Shown here: positions 1 to 7,879 of the stretch, in pieces
How the letters are laid out: the number at the start of each line of letters is the position of its first letter
Position numbering within the stretch: position 1 is the stretch's first letter
Origin: a virus
Lineage: Duplodnaviria > Caudoviricetes
Direction: 5' to 3' (one strand)
Length of the DNA: 45,971 nt
IMG/VR virus record: IMGVR_UViG_3300008251_000010
Location: 1-45,971 of that record
Position numbers and translations under genes: made by a program
The notes under the pieces: model-generated
What the model saw: only the letters and a program-made list of their open reading frames with translations
Databases searched by the model: none
What the model was told of the DNA's origin: nothing

Positions 1-9
1 AAATTAAGT

Positions 10-246
10 ATGGATGGCCTAAGAAGAAATAGCACTCATGACTTTAACGAGTTTAGTAACTTTTTAAAATCTATATTAGATGACATTGCTTGTGATGTTG
101 ATACAGACCAGTTAATAGAACTGCATGATCAAGTGGCTCAAAACTTAGGTACTTTAAATTGCGTGTTCGATGCAGAAAATGAGTTATTTAATGATATGTC
201 TGAAAAGTTAGATGTTAACTTTTTAGGTGAAGATGATGAAGGTTAA
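10..246 (+). CDS. Small acidic hypothetical phage protein
   Basis: 78-aa ORF, first of a tightly packed run of short + strand ORFs. Confidence 0.55.
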   Translation: MDGLRRNSTHDFNEFSNFLKSILDDIACDVDTDQLIELHDQVAQNLGTLNCVFDAENELFNDMSEKLDVNFLGEDDEG

Positions 247-255
247 AGGACAGTA

Positions 256-420
256 ATGAAAAACGATGATTTAGCCGAGTTAATATTTAAAGCAATACAA
301 GAAAATCCAGAGGAAACTTTGGGAATTTTAGGTCGCTCTCTTGTTTTAGTTGCACAAGATTTGGGTGGTAATTTGGAATTTAATTGTGATTTAGGCAAAG
401 TCACTATTGAACGTAAATAA
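256..420 (+). CDS. Small hypothetical protein, 54 aa (not in ORF track)
   Basis: AAAGGA RBS then ATG at 256; MKNDDLAELIFKAIQENPEETLGILGRSLVLVAQDLGGNLEFNCDLGKVTIERK; fills the gap between neighbours. Confidence 0.6.
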   Translation: MKNDDLAELIFKAIQENPEETLGILGRSLVLVAQDLGGNLEFNCDLGKVTIERK

Positions 421-440
421 CAAAATCTAGGTAGTAAATA

Positions 441-629
441 ATGAGTTTATGGCTAGTTCTACTTTGTTTATACATTTATGTGGCGGGAATGTTTACCGAA
501 TACACGCACAATCACACATGCAAAATGCTGTACTCAATCTTATTAAGTGCTGTTTGGCCTGTTTATATATTCATTGGTCTAAAAAGTAATAAACATGGCG
601 TACCAAAATATTACAAAAGTAGGTTTTAG
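441..629 (+). CDS. Small membrane protein
   Basis: 62 aa with two hydrophobic segments and a WP motif (SAVWPVY), common in small phage membrane proteins. Confidence 0.55.
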   Translation: MSLWLVLLCLYIYVAGMFTEYTHNHTCKMLYSILLSAVWPVYIFIGLKSNKHGVPKYYKSRF

Positions 630-631
630 CT

Positions 632-784
632 ATGCCACAAGATAAAGCATTAGCACACTATAAAGCGATAGCGGAAAAGCTCTCAGTTGCTTTAAATGAA
701 GTCGTGTTAGATAAGAATTATGACACTAAGCATCAAGCAAATCTGGCACAAATAGCGTATTTCAAGCTGAAAAACGCTAGTTAG
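632..784 (+). CDS. Small hypothetical protein, 50 aa (not in ORF track)
   Basis: ATG 2 nt after the upstream stop; MPQDKALAHYKAIAEKLSVALNEVVLDKNYDTKHQANLAQIAYFKLKNAS. Confidence 0.5.
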   Translation: MPQDKALAHYKAIAEKLSVALNEVVLDKNYDTKHQANLAQIAYFKLKNAS

Positions 785-813
785 GTTATCAAAATATAAG
801 GTATTGACCACTT

Positions 814-1209
814 ATGAACATTGAAAAAATAAAATTTGAAGATATTGCAAACTTTCAACTTGCGAGTACCGACTATCAAAAGCGCGTTATTGAGCAAACT
901 TTTACTGATACATTTAAAGCACAAGAAGATTTATTTATGGCGGTGCTTGAACAATATGCAATAGATACCAAACAGCCGGTTGAAAGCTTATTAGTAAAGG
1001 GCCGATTACGAAAGTTTGTATTACAAGATGGAACTGAACGCCAAGCAGTTGATGGTACGTTATTAATTGAGTTTCATAAATTGAATAAAGAGATAGTACC
1101 AGGAGAACGTTCCCAGTTTTTTAATACTCAGTTTAACTATAAAATACTGTACCCTGAGCCAACTTATCAATGTACTTATGATTCAAAAACAAACATAACA
1201 ACAAAATAA
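814..1209 (+). CDS. Hypothetical phage protein
   Basis: 131-aa ORF with upstream TAAGGT; converges on the resolvase. Confidence 0.6.
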   Translation: MNIEKIKFEDIANFQLASTDYQKRVIEQTFTDTFKAQEDLFMAVLEQYAIDTKQPVESLLVKGRLRKFVLQDGTERQAVDGTLLIEFHKLNKEIVPGERSQFFNTQFNYKILYPEPTYQCTYDSKTNITTK

Positions 1210-1231
1210 ACATAACATATTGTCGTTTTGT

Positions 1232-1948
1232 CTATTTATTGGCTTTTCGATGATCTTTTATGGCTTTTTTAACTTGTACGATATTCATTTCTTTATCATA
1301 AATCCCCAGGTCGCGAGCTAAACAAATAAGCTCGTCCCGCCTATCGAGCCATTTATGTAATGTGGCTGGTAATGTATTGACATTATGCGCGCATTTAACT
1401 TTGGTTACGCCATTATATAACCAGAGTAATATTTGATTTTCAAAAATATCTAACCTGCTGCTAATAATTGCCCCTTTAGCACGACCAACTGGCAAACCCT
1501 TACCCTTTCGGCGCTTAACTGCCGCCTTCGCTTTTAAACTGCGTTGCTTAGAAAAATCTTGGCTGGCAAATGCTTTACCCATAATGATAAAAAGCATGCT
1601 CATATCATTTTTGTGATCGGGCGTGATAACTTCACCGCCCAAACAAAAGTGAATTGAAGCGCCAATATTTAAAATGCGCGTGATCACTTCTAATAAATCG
1701 CTGACCGAATCACGGCCCAGGCGTTCAATATCATTAACCAACAACCTATCACCAGATGTTAACTTTTCAATCAAGCCAATCAGGCCACGCTCATGTTTAC
1801 TAGTGCTTGCACCTGACAACTGAATTTCTAACCAAGAATCAATATACAACCCTAAATTACTGGCATAAACATTAATACTATCGCGTTGCGCTCGGGCATT
1901 TTGCTTATGTTTATCACTCACGCGCGTATAAGCGTAATTTTTAGCCAC
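1232..1948 (-). CDS. Serine recombinase (resolvase/invertase family)
   Basis: YAYTRVS catalytic motif, SGAS, DRLLVNDIERLGR, GRAKG and a C-terminal HTH-like region. Confidence 0.9.
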   Translation of the reverse strand: MAKNYAYTRVSDKHKQNARAQRDSINVYASNLGLYIDSWLEIQLSGASTSKHERGLIGLIEKLTSGDRLLVNDIERLGRDSVSDLLEVITRILNIGASIHFCLGGEVITPDHKNDMSMLFIIMGKAFASQDFSKQRSLKAKAAVKRRKGKGLPVGRAKGAIISSRLDIFENQILLWLYNGVTKVKCAHNVNTLPATLHKWLDRRDELICLARDLGIYDKEMNIVQVKKAIKDHRKANK

Positions 1949-1959
1949 TTTGGTAAATT

Positions 1960-2050
1960 AACTCTAGAGTTGTTTTATATCGCTAGAGTTTACATTTGTA
2001 AGCGATCGATAAACAAATAAAACATATTCTAGAGGTTACTCTAAAGTTAA
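1960..2050. promoter_or_regulatory. Putative res site / resolvase promoter region
   Basis: AACTCTAGAGTT palindrome at 1960-1971, further CTAGAG/CTAAAG copies and an imperfect inverted repeat directly upstream of the resolvase. Confidence 0.45.
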
Positions 2051-2128
2051 ATTTTTATTTTATACGCTTTGGCTTGGGTTTTGCTATGTGGTTGACGACA
2101 TACAAGAAAACTAAATAAAGGAATACTC

Positions 2129-2296
2129 ATGCAAGAAACTATTTTAGCGCTACTATTAGCGTTCACACCCGCAGATGATGCAGCAAAAAACGAACCTGTT
2201 GCCCAGCCAATGCACGGCGGCGGCATAATTATTACTAAAATAGAAGAAGTTCAGCCAAGGCACGGCGGCGGCATAATCATCACAAAAAAAGATTAA
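2129..2296 (+). CDS. Micro-peptide precursor, 55 aa, with hydrophobic leader and two repeated QP(M/R)HGGGIIITK units (not in ORF track)
   Basis: AAAGGA RBS; MQETILALLLAFTPADDAAKNEPVAQPMHGGGIIITKIEEVQPRHGGGIIITKKD; the 48-nt-period repeat differs mostly at synonymous positions (ATT/ATC, ACT/ACA). Confidence 0.75.
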   Translation: MQETILALLLAFTPADDAAKNEPVAQPMHGGGIIITKIEEVQPRHGGGIIITKKD

Positions 2297-2307
2297 AATC
2301 AACAGCA

Positions 2308-2339
2308 TGTAATGCCGTGTAATGCCGTGTAATATTACA
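2308..2339. repeat. Tandem TGTAATGCCG x2 followed by TGTAATATTACA palindrome
   Basis: Directly visible 10-bp-period repeat between the peptide gene and the membrane protein gene. Confidence 0.7.
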
Positions 2340-2397
2340 ATCATTGCAAAATACTCAATACAGCTGTTATTATCGCCTTTCTTTGCAGGGAGGCGGT

Positions 2398-2961
2398 ATG
2401 TTAGAGCAATTTATACATTATTTTGAAGCAACAATAAAAAACACGCCTACGGCAGTGTTGACCAATATCGGCTTTTTACCGGCCACAGCTCTTGCCATGA
2501 TCCGCTATAACAAAAATAAAGAAACCCTTTCAAACCTACTTACCATATCAGTAGTATCAGCCATCTTTTTAATTTCCGCATTTGAAATGGAGCTGGCAAT
2601 GGAATATATACGCGAACATCACAGCAAAGGCAGTCTACGTAATATTTTAATGGTATTTGCATCACAGAGCATATTAGGTGTGATCGTTTTATATAAATTA
2701 CATACCCGAAAAGCCTACGATATAGGCTCATTATTTTTTCATTTAAGCGCAATACAAATCACTTTTGCGGTCATGCACACTTTATTATGGATAAAGTTAG
2801 TTGTACCAGATTGGAATCAAGCGTATTTAACATCACACGCAATATATTCAGCATTAAGCTTATATTTAACCGCCACAATTCAAATAGCGTGTTTATTTCC
2901 CAAAATCATCAATACACGCTTAAAGCACTTAATTAACCCATTCGCATTTATGAGTAGATAA
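2398..2961 (+). CDS. Multi-pass inner-membrane protein (cassette 1), about 187 aa
   Basis: GGGAGG RBS before ATG 2398 (preferred over the track start at 2344); about 5 hydrophobic segments. Confidence 0.75.
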   Translation: MLEQFIHYFEATIKNTPTAVLTNIGFLPATALAMIRYNKNKETLSNLLTISVVSAIFLISAFEMELAMEYIREHHSKGSLRNILMVFASQSILGVIVLYKLHTRKAYDIGSLFFHLSAIQITFAVMHTLLWIKLVVPDWNQAYLTSHAIYSALSLYLTATIQIACLFPKIINTRLKHLINPFAFMSR

Positions 2962-2962
2962 C

Positions 2963-3406
2963 ATGGATTTTATAACCTCTTTTTTTTCAAACTTAAGCTA
3001 TTTCGAAATAATTTCCATCGCGTTAGTGGCTTTAGTGGCAATTCACTTAGTACAATTATTTTATTGCCCAGTGACCAATCGATTTAATAAAAAAATTAAA
3101 AACAAAGAGCACCTAATTTGTTGGCATCAGTTAAAATCTAGAGAAGAATCAGATCGGTCAATTTCATTAGAACATCTAAAGAAGTCAGACAAACTGCTGT
3201 TAGATTTGGCATACGAGTCAAATATGCACGCAAAAATAGTGATGCCAAAAGAAGATAAAACAGTTAAAAGACCATCACGAACAATTGACGAGGGTGCAAA
3301 CGCTTTAATGCGTAAATTATCAGAAGATGGTCATAAGGTAGTAGATTTAAGCATGGCAAGGGCCATAAAAAAAGGCTATTTATATCAAAAGGAAGATGAA
3401 ATTTAA
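2963..3406 (+). CDS. Membrane-anchored protein with charged C-terminal domain (cassette 1 partner)
   Basis: Starts 1 nt after the upstream stop; one N-terminal hydrophobic helix then a soluble region. Confidence 0.7.
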   Translation: MDFITSFFSNLSYFEIISIALVALVAIHLVQLFYCPVTNRFNKKIKNKEHLICWHQLKSREESDRSISLEHLKKSDKLLLDLAYESNMHAKIVMPKEDKTVKRPSRTIDEGANALMRKLSEDGHKVVDLSMARAIKKGYLYQKEDEI

Positions 3407-3864
3407 GCGGTTTCATCCGTATTAGCCGATAAATGACGCTGTAGTTCTTCGGCTACATCACGCAACATCAAATCAGCAACAGCAGTATTATACGACTCAT
3501 TATTAACAAACTCTTTAGATACATGATTCGCCATTGCCAATTTAGCCAATGCTTTTTGCAAACCCACCTTAACCACTTGCAAATCAGTTTCTTTAATCTG
3601 ATTTACCTCAACACCATACAGCAGCCAATCTAAACTTACGCCACGGCCTTTAGAATTTAAATCAAGTACAGCAGCATTTAACCAGGTTAAAGGGATCTCC
3701 CCTCGCGCTTTCATTTGCTTAGGCGCATCTGGCCCAAAGTCAAAAATTCTAGCAAGGTGCGTATTCTTAGTGACTTTATACAAACTACACAAGCGGCTCA
3801 TAATCTCGTCAAACCATAGTTTGCGAGCCTCTAGTGACATAGTTTTTGTAACTTGCTTAATCAT
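3403..3864 (-). CDS. CI-like HTH repressor without peptidase domain
   Basis: IMSRL..LY....NTHLARIF.......QMKARGEIP...GVSLDWLLYG matches the phage 186/P2-type CI repressor N-terminal pattern. Confidence 0.75.
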   Translation of the reverse strand: MIKQVTKTMSLEARKLWFDEIMSRLCSLYKVTKNTHLARIFDFGPDAPKQMKARGEIPLTWLNAAVLDLNSKGRGVSLDWLLYGVEVNQIKETDLQVVKVGLQKALAKLAMANHVSKEFVNNESYNTAVADLMLRDVAEELQRHLSANTDETA

Positions 3865-3894
3865 AAGTAAAAGTCGAATTGTTAGAATCGTTAA

Positions 3895-3918
3895 AAAATA
3901 ACATATTTGTTATTTTTA
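3895..3918. promoter_or_regulatory. Palindromic operator candidate in divergent promoter region
   Basis: AAAAATAACA-TATT-TGTTATTTTT between the repressor and the second peptide cassette. Confidence 0.5.
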
Positions 3919-4046
3919 TCTACCTAAAAAATAAAAAAGTAATCATATTGATAACCTTATTGTAAATATAGTTGTCGAATGGTAGATTAACCATTCCCTT
4001 TATAGGGTAATTTACTCTTAATTTAAAAACGTAGAAGGAAAGCAAA

Positions 4047-4148
4047 ATGACATTAGGCAAATACAACCAATGTAGCGATAAAGATCAAAAACAAACAAAA
4101 GGTCCAGGTGGTGGTGGTGGTGCAGGTGACGGCACTAAAAAAGACTAA
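4047..4148 (+). CDS. Gly-rich micro-peptide, 33 aa (not in ORF track)
   Basis: AGAAGGA RBS; MTLGKYNQCSDKDQKQTKGPGGGGGAGDGTKKD; same TKKD C-terminus and same position ahead of a membrane gene as the 2129 peptide. Confidence 0.7.
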   Translation: MTLGKYNQCSDKDQKQTKGPGGGGGAGDGTKKD

Positions 4149-4192
4149 TCACACAGATTAGTTAAATGTAAAAAGGATTTGGACGGATACCA

Positions 4193-4903
4193 ATGGAAAC
4201 ACTTTTAACAACACTGCAAAACAACGCATTAATAACCAGCTTACATACTCAATTAGCGTTATTAATTACTGGCATAGTCATCAGCAAAAATAATAAAAAC
4301 TTACGTTGGATATTTGCCTTTTTATTTACCGCACGATTAATCGATACCTACTTATTATTACCACTTCATCAATATATGAATGATGAAGCAGAAATCGCCA
4401 CTTATTGCTTTTGGGCATTGAGTGCTTATTGCTGTTATAAATTTTTATTACTGCGCCCCTACTTCACCTATAAAATAGGTGTATGGCTACAACTATTAAC
4501 CAGCAATACCAAATTAAATACCAGTCAAGCATTACCAAGCCGCTATCCTATCAAATTCACCAAAACAGAATATTTATTGGCACGTATTTACGGCGGCTTT
4601 AGCCTTTGCAGCCTAACACTTGTTTTATACCTATTGATAAAAAATGGCATGGCTTACGACATTCCACCAGGTCAAGCGCAATGGCTAATTAATATTGCCA
4701 ACCTATTAACAGGTAAAGAAGTGACACAAGGTACATTTTTATTAATGTTAGCGCGTTCGCTTAATACATTACTCACCGCAGCTGAATATATCTTACTGGC
4801 AACGCTGATCATCAAAGAATTACCAAATTACATCAACAGTAAAATAAATGACAACACCATAAAAAACAAACACAAGGATACTGGCGCACATGAAACTTTC
4901 TGA
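4193..4903 (+). CDS. Multi-pass inner-membrane protein (cassette 2)
   Basis: 236 aa with about 5 hydrophobic segments; GGA-rich RBS region. Confidence 0.8.
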   Translation: METLLTTLQNNALITSLHTQLALLITGIVISKNNKNLRWIFAFLFTARLIDTYLLLPLHQYMNDEAEIATYCFWALSAYCCYKFLLLRPYFTYKIGVWLQLLTSNTKLNTSQALPSRYPIKFTKTEYLLARIYGGFSLCSLTLVLYLLIKNGMAYDIPPGQAQWLINIANLLTGKEVTQGTFLLMLARSLNTLLTAAEYILLATLIIKELPNYINSKINDNTIKNKHKDTGAHETF

Positions 4904-5279
4904 ATCTCAAGCACTGTTAAAAGATATGGCAATTTGTGCCATACGCGATAGCGAACAAAAAATAAATACCAACCAATTAGCCAAAAGTATGCGCTTAAAA
5001 GGTGATGAAGTAGAAAGTTGGTTAACACCAGGTAATGGCTGTACGCCAACACAAACACAATTTATGGCAATGCAAAAAGCAATATTGCGTGGGCCAAAAT
5101 CACTATTTATAGAAGAACAAATGCAAAACCTTGACGAAATAGACACCTTTGGTGATTTAATAGAGCAAGGTATTGAATCAGATCAAATGAAAGCGGGTTG
5201 GCATATTTCAGCAGTTCGTAGCCTAAAACGTATTGTAGGTGACTGCCGCACTAACCTGACTTTGCTTGATACAAAGTAG
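4890..5279 (+). CDS. Putative HTH DNA-binding protein (cassette 2 partner)
   Basis: Overlaps the upstream stop; NTNQLAKSMRLKGDEVESWLTP...TP resembles an XRE/CII-like HTH. Confidence 0.55.
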   Translation: MKLSESQALLKDMAICAIRDSEQKINTNQLAKSMRLKGDEVESWLTPGNGCTPTQTQFMAMQKAILRGPKSLFIEEQMQNLDEIDTFGDLIEQGIESDQMKAGWHISAVRSLKRIVGDCRTNLTLLDTK

Positions 5280-5565
5280 TACAAGCTCTAACCACATAGC
5301 GATGGGCGCTTTTGCCTATCGTCTTTCGTTTATTATCTACAATGCACTGCCAACTATCTTCATAACCAAACCAGCTACTTGATTGTTTTTCACCACTATA
5401 CATTTCATAGTTATCTGCACAGTATTGCCATGTTGGCCTTGCTTGGCTGGCAACTTTAAGTTTTGGCAATTCATCTAACATACACTGCTCTACACTTTTA
5501 GCATGAGCGCTCAGTGGTATAAATAAAGCGGTAAATACAATAATTAAACCTAATTTACTTTTCAT
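5251..5565 (-). CDS. Secreted four-cysteine protein (resembles VF_A0006 family)
   Basis: Signal peptide ending SAHA; two similar Cys-pair units (CMLDE..YC, CIVDN..ACTTLY). Confidence 0.6.
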   Translation of the reverse strand: MKSKLGLIIVFTALFIPLSAHAKSVEQCMLDELPKLKVASQARPTWQYCADNYEMYSGEKQSSSWFGYEDSWQCIVDNKRKTIGKSAHRYVVRACTTLYQAKSG

Positions 5566-5642
5566 TTAATAATCCATTAAAAACAAAAGCTTGATTATAA
5601 ACCTAGTTGTATAAAAGTACAAAACTCAAACTTCTTCAACTT

Positions 5643-5713
5643 TGCATAGCATTAATGCTATGCATAACTAAAATAATACATTATAGTTATGCATAGCATC
5701 AATGCTACACATA
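5643..5713. promoter_or_regulatory. Two parS-like palindromes upstream of parA
   Basis: Perfect 22-bp palindrome TGCATAGCATTAATGCTATGCA (5643-5664) and TATGCATAGCATCAATGCTACACATA (5688-5713). Confidence 0.7.
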
Positions 5714-5728
5714 AAAAAGGCGGGTAAA

Positions 5729-6508
5729 ATGGCAAGGACAATAATGGTAGGTGTAGGTAAAGGCGGAGTAGGAAAAACCACATCAGTTGTAAATTTAGGG
5801 TTTGAACTTTCTAGCTCAGGTAAAAGCGTACTCATACTCGACTTTGACGGGCAAGCAGATACAACCAAGTTTTTAAAACGCACTAATACAGAATACTTTG
5901 TAGGTGACTTATTACTAGATAGGCACTTTGATATAAATAAAGTAATTTACCCCGCAATCATAAACGGGCAAGAACAAGGTAACTTACATATTATTCCTGG
6001 TCGCAAAGATGATGCTATGACAAAACTTGATATGGATTTATTCCCATTACCCAAGCGAGAAGAACGCCTAAACATGCACCTCAGTAAAATTAAAGACCAA
6101 TACGATTTTATATTAATAGATACCAATCCAGGCACATCGGTATTGGGTTTAAATGCGGTATTTGCAGCAGATGAATTTATATTCCCCACCGAGTTTAAAG
6201 AACACTCCCTCGATGGCGTAGATTCATTAATAAAGCATATAGAAGATACAACCTTTATAGATGAATCAGAAATAAAGTTTTTAGTAGTGCCATGCAAAAT
6301 TGCCAAAGCTGCAAAAAAATCATTGGCCTATGGCACAGAATACCTAGCAGGAAGATTTCCCAACAACACAGCAAAAACAACAATTTGGTATAGAGAAGTA
6401 TTTGGTGATGCAGAATTAGATCACGAACCCGTATCAGTATTTTCAAAGGGCCACCAAGCAGCCATGTTTTATAAAAATTTAGCAAAAGAGGTAATAGATA
6501 ATGTTTAA
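5729..6508 (+). CDS. parA: ParA/Soj family partition ATPase
   Basis: Deviant Walker A KGGVGKTT, LILDFDGQ, YDFILIDT; likely start MARTIM at 5729. Confidence 0.92.
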   Translation: MARTIMVGVGKGGVGKTTSVVNLGFELSSSGKSVLILDFDGQADTTKFLKRTNTEYFVGDLLLDRHFDINKVIYPAIINGQEQGNLHIIPGRKDDAMTKLDMDLFPLPKREERLNMHLSKIKDQYDFILIDTNPGTSVLGLNAVFAADEFIFPTEFKEHSLDGVDSLIKHIEDTTFIDESEIKFLVVPCKIAKAAKKSLAYGTEYLAGRFPNNTAKTTIWYREVFGDAELDHEPVSVFSKGHQAAMFYKNLAKEVIDNV

Positions 6509-6902
6509 CCAAGAGCGCTTTGACGAGCTAAACACAAAAGCAAAGCTATCACCTCAAGAGCGTGGAGAGCTAAAAAGCCTGACGCGCTTAAAATTAAAAG
6601 CAGATGAAGCGGCTACAGGAAAAGATAAAAAAAGAACAAATGAATTTTCAATTAAGCCTACAACAAAATCGGCTACAACTCCTGTTAGATTTATAGCCAG
6701 TGAACAGGCGTTAATGACAAAAATATTAGACAACCTAAAAGATAACAATGAAGATTTAGTGCTACAAAATTTAGGCGGCAGTTTAAAAGATTTAAATAAA
6801 ACTAAATTAATTAGAGCTGCAATATTAGCCTTAGATGATTTAAGTTCTGAACAAATAGTTGATTATATTAAACAAGTTAAAATTAATATGGTAAGAGGAT
6901 AG
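6501..6902 (+). CDS. Small centromere-binding partner (type Ib-like, probable ribbon-helix-helix)
   Basis: Overlaps the parA stop; basic N-terminus then strand-helix-helix pattern (TTPVRF...LNKTKLIRAAI). Confidence 0.65.
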   Translation: MFNQERFDELNTKAKLSPQERGELKSLTRLKLKADEAATGKDKKRTNEFSIKPTTKSATTPVRFIASEQALMTKILDNLKDNNEDLVLQNLGGSLKDLNKTKLIRAAILALDDLSSEQIVDYIKQVKINMVRG

Positions 6903-6929
6903 TATGTGTAGCACCAATGCTATGCATAC
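6902..6929. promoter_or_regulatory. parS-like palindrome downstream of par operon
   Basis: GTATGTGTAGCA-CCAA-TGCTATGCATAC, same consensus as the upstream sites. Confidence 0.65.
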
Positions 6930-7009
6930 CATAAAGCAGTAAAACGAGTTGACTATGGGGTACGCCAATACCCCAAAGTCGATAACATAAAAGTAATGGA
7001 GATCACCCT

Positions 7010-7156
7010 ATGTCAGACACTAATTGTAACGCAATTGATAAGCAGAGTCTAAGCCAGTTGCACAGTATGCCAATTGATAAAATATTAACCTGGTTAGCAA
7101 CAAAGCAACCTTGGATGCAGCAACATATAATTAAAGAGCTCACATCAATTCATTAG
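7010..7156 (+). CDS. Small hypothetical protein, 48 aa (not in ORF track)
   Basis: GGAGA RBS; MSDTNCNAIDKQSLSQLHSMPIDKILTWLATKQPWMQQHIIKELTSIH; preceded by a hairpin at about 6951-6980. Confidence 0.5.
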   Translation: MSDTNCNAIDKQSLSQLHSMPIDKILTWLATKQPWMQQHIIKELTSIH

Positions 7157-7180
7157 CCTTTTAATTCATTAGCACTTAAC

Positions 7181-7212
7181 AAGTATGCATATCACTAGTG
7201 CTATGCATACTT
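7181..7212. promoter_or_regulatory. parS-like palindrome
   Basis: AAGTATGCATATCACTAGTGCTATGCATACTT, 32-bp palindrome with one mismatched pair. Confidence 0.65.
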
Positions 7213-7245
7213 TTAAAATTAGCCTAACAGCGTTTAGAGGTCATA

Positions 7246-7524
7246 ATGCCCAGCACAGTAAACAAAGCAACATCCACTCAAACATCAACAAGTCAGCAAT
7301 GGCCCGCAGACAATTTGGCATACATTACCGCTTGTCAGTTAGCAGGAGGCGATAAACCGAACCAATGGCAACTCATTGCAGGTTACAGGATATTAATTCG
7401 CTCTACGATGCACAGGCGCGTTTTAAACTTACCCGTTAGCCAACATGTAAAAGAATACAAAGCAGCCAAAGCCATATTATTTCCACATACAGTTAAATCC
7501 CAGTTTAAAAAGAGCAATATATGA
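7246..7524 (+). CDS. Hypothetical protein
   Basis: 92 aa, AGAGG RBS, ATGA-coupled to the next gene. Confidence 0.55.
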   Translation: MPSTVNKATSTQTSTSQQWPADNLAYITACQLAGGDKPNQWQLIAGYRILIRSTMHRRVLNLPVSQHVKEYKAAKAILFPHTVKSQFKKSNI

Positions 7525-7769
7525 CAGTAGATAAAATTGATGTTCAAACCGAACTGGCTAAAAAGCGCCAAAATCAAAACGAACGTAAAGCAAAAAGCAG
7601 GGCCAAGTTAGAAAAGTTTGATATGAAAGAAGTGCGCTTTGAAGCAAGTAAAAGCGAAAGGGATCAACTTAATGATTTATGCACTGCCACCACTGGCGAA
7701 CCATTTAGCAAACAAGAAATGATATTAAAACTAATACGCGAGGCCCATGCAAAAATACAAATACCATAG
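7521..7769 (+). CDS. Small basic DNA-binding regulator (probable ribbon-helix-helix)
   Basis: Basic helix (ERKAKSRAK) then strand-helix-helix (EVRFEAS..ERDQLNDLC...SKQEMILKLI). Confidence 0.55.
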   Translation: MTVDKIDVQTELAKKRQNQNERKAKSRAKLEKFDMKEVRFEASKSERDQLNDLCTATTGEPFSKQEMILKLIREAHAKIQIP

Positions 7770-7824
7770 AATACGCTTAAAACAAACATTGTGACGGGTC
7801 ACAGTAGTTGAATTAGATAAAAGC

Positions 7825-7871
7825 AAAAAGGGGTCGGAGTCAATTAAATTAATGTACTCCGACCCCTTTTT
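7825..7871. repeat. REP-like palindrome, copy 1 of 3
   Basis: AAAAAGGGGTCGGAGT-caattaaattaatgt-ACTCCGACCCCTTTTT. Confidence 0.85.
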
Positions 7872-7879
7872 AATTGCAG

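Noticed and set aside
2156-2344. 62-aa minus-strand ORF with repeated YAAAV.WL
   Set aside because: Antisense shadow of the + strand peptide gene, which has an RBS and a synonymous-change pattern in its own frame.
2129-4148. Peptides as RiPP or bacteriocin precursors
   Set aside because: No modifying enzyme, peptidase-ABC exporter or immunity gene was recognised in the window; not excluded if host enzymes act in trans.
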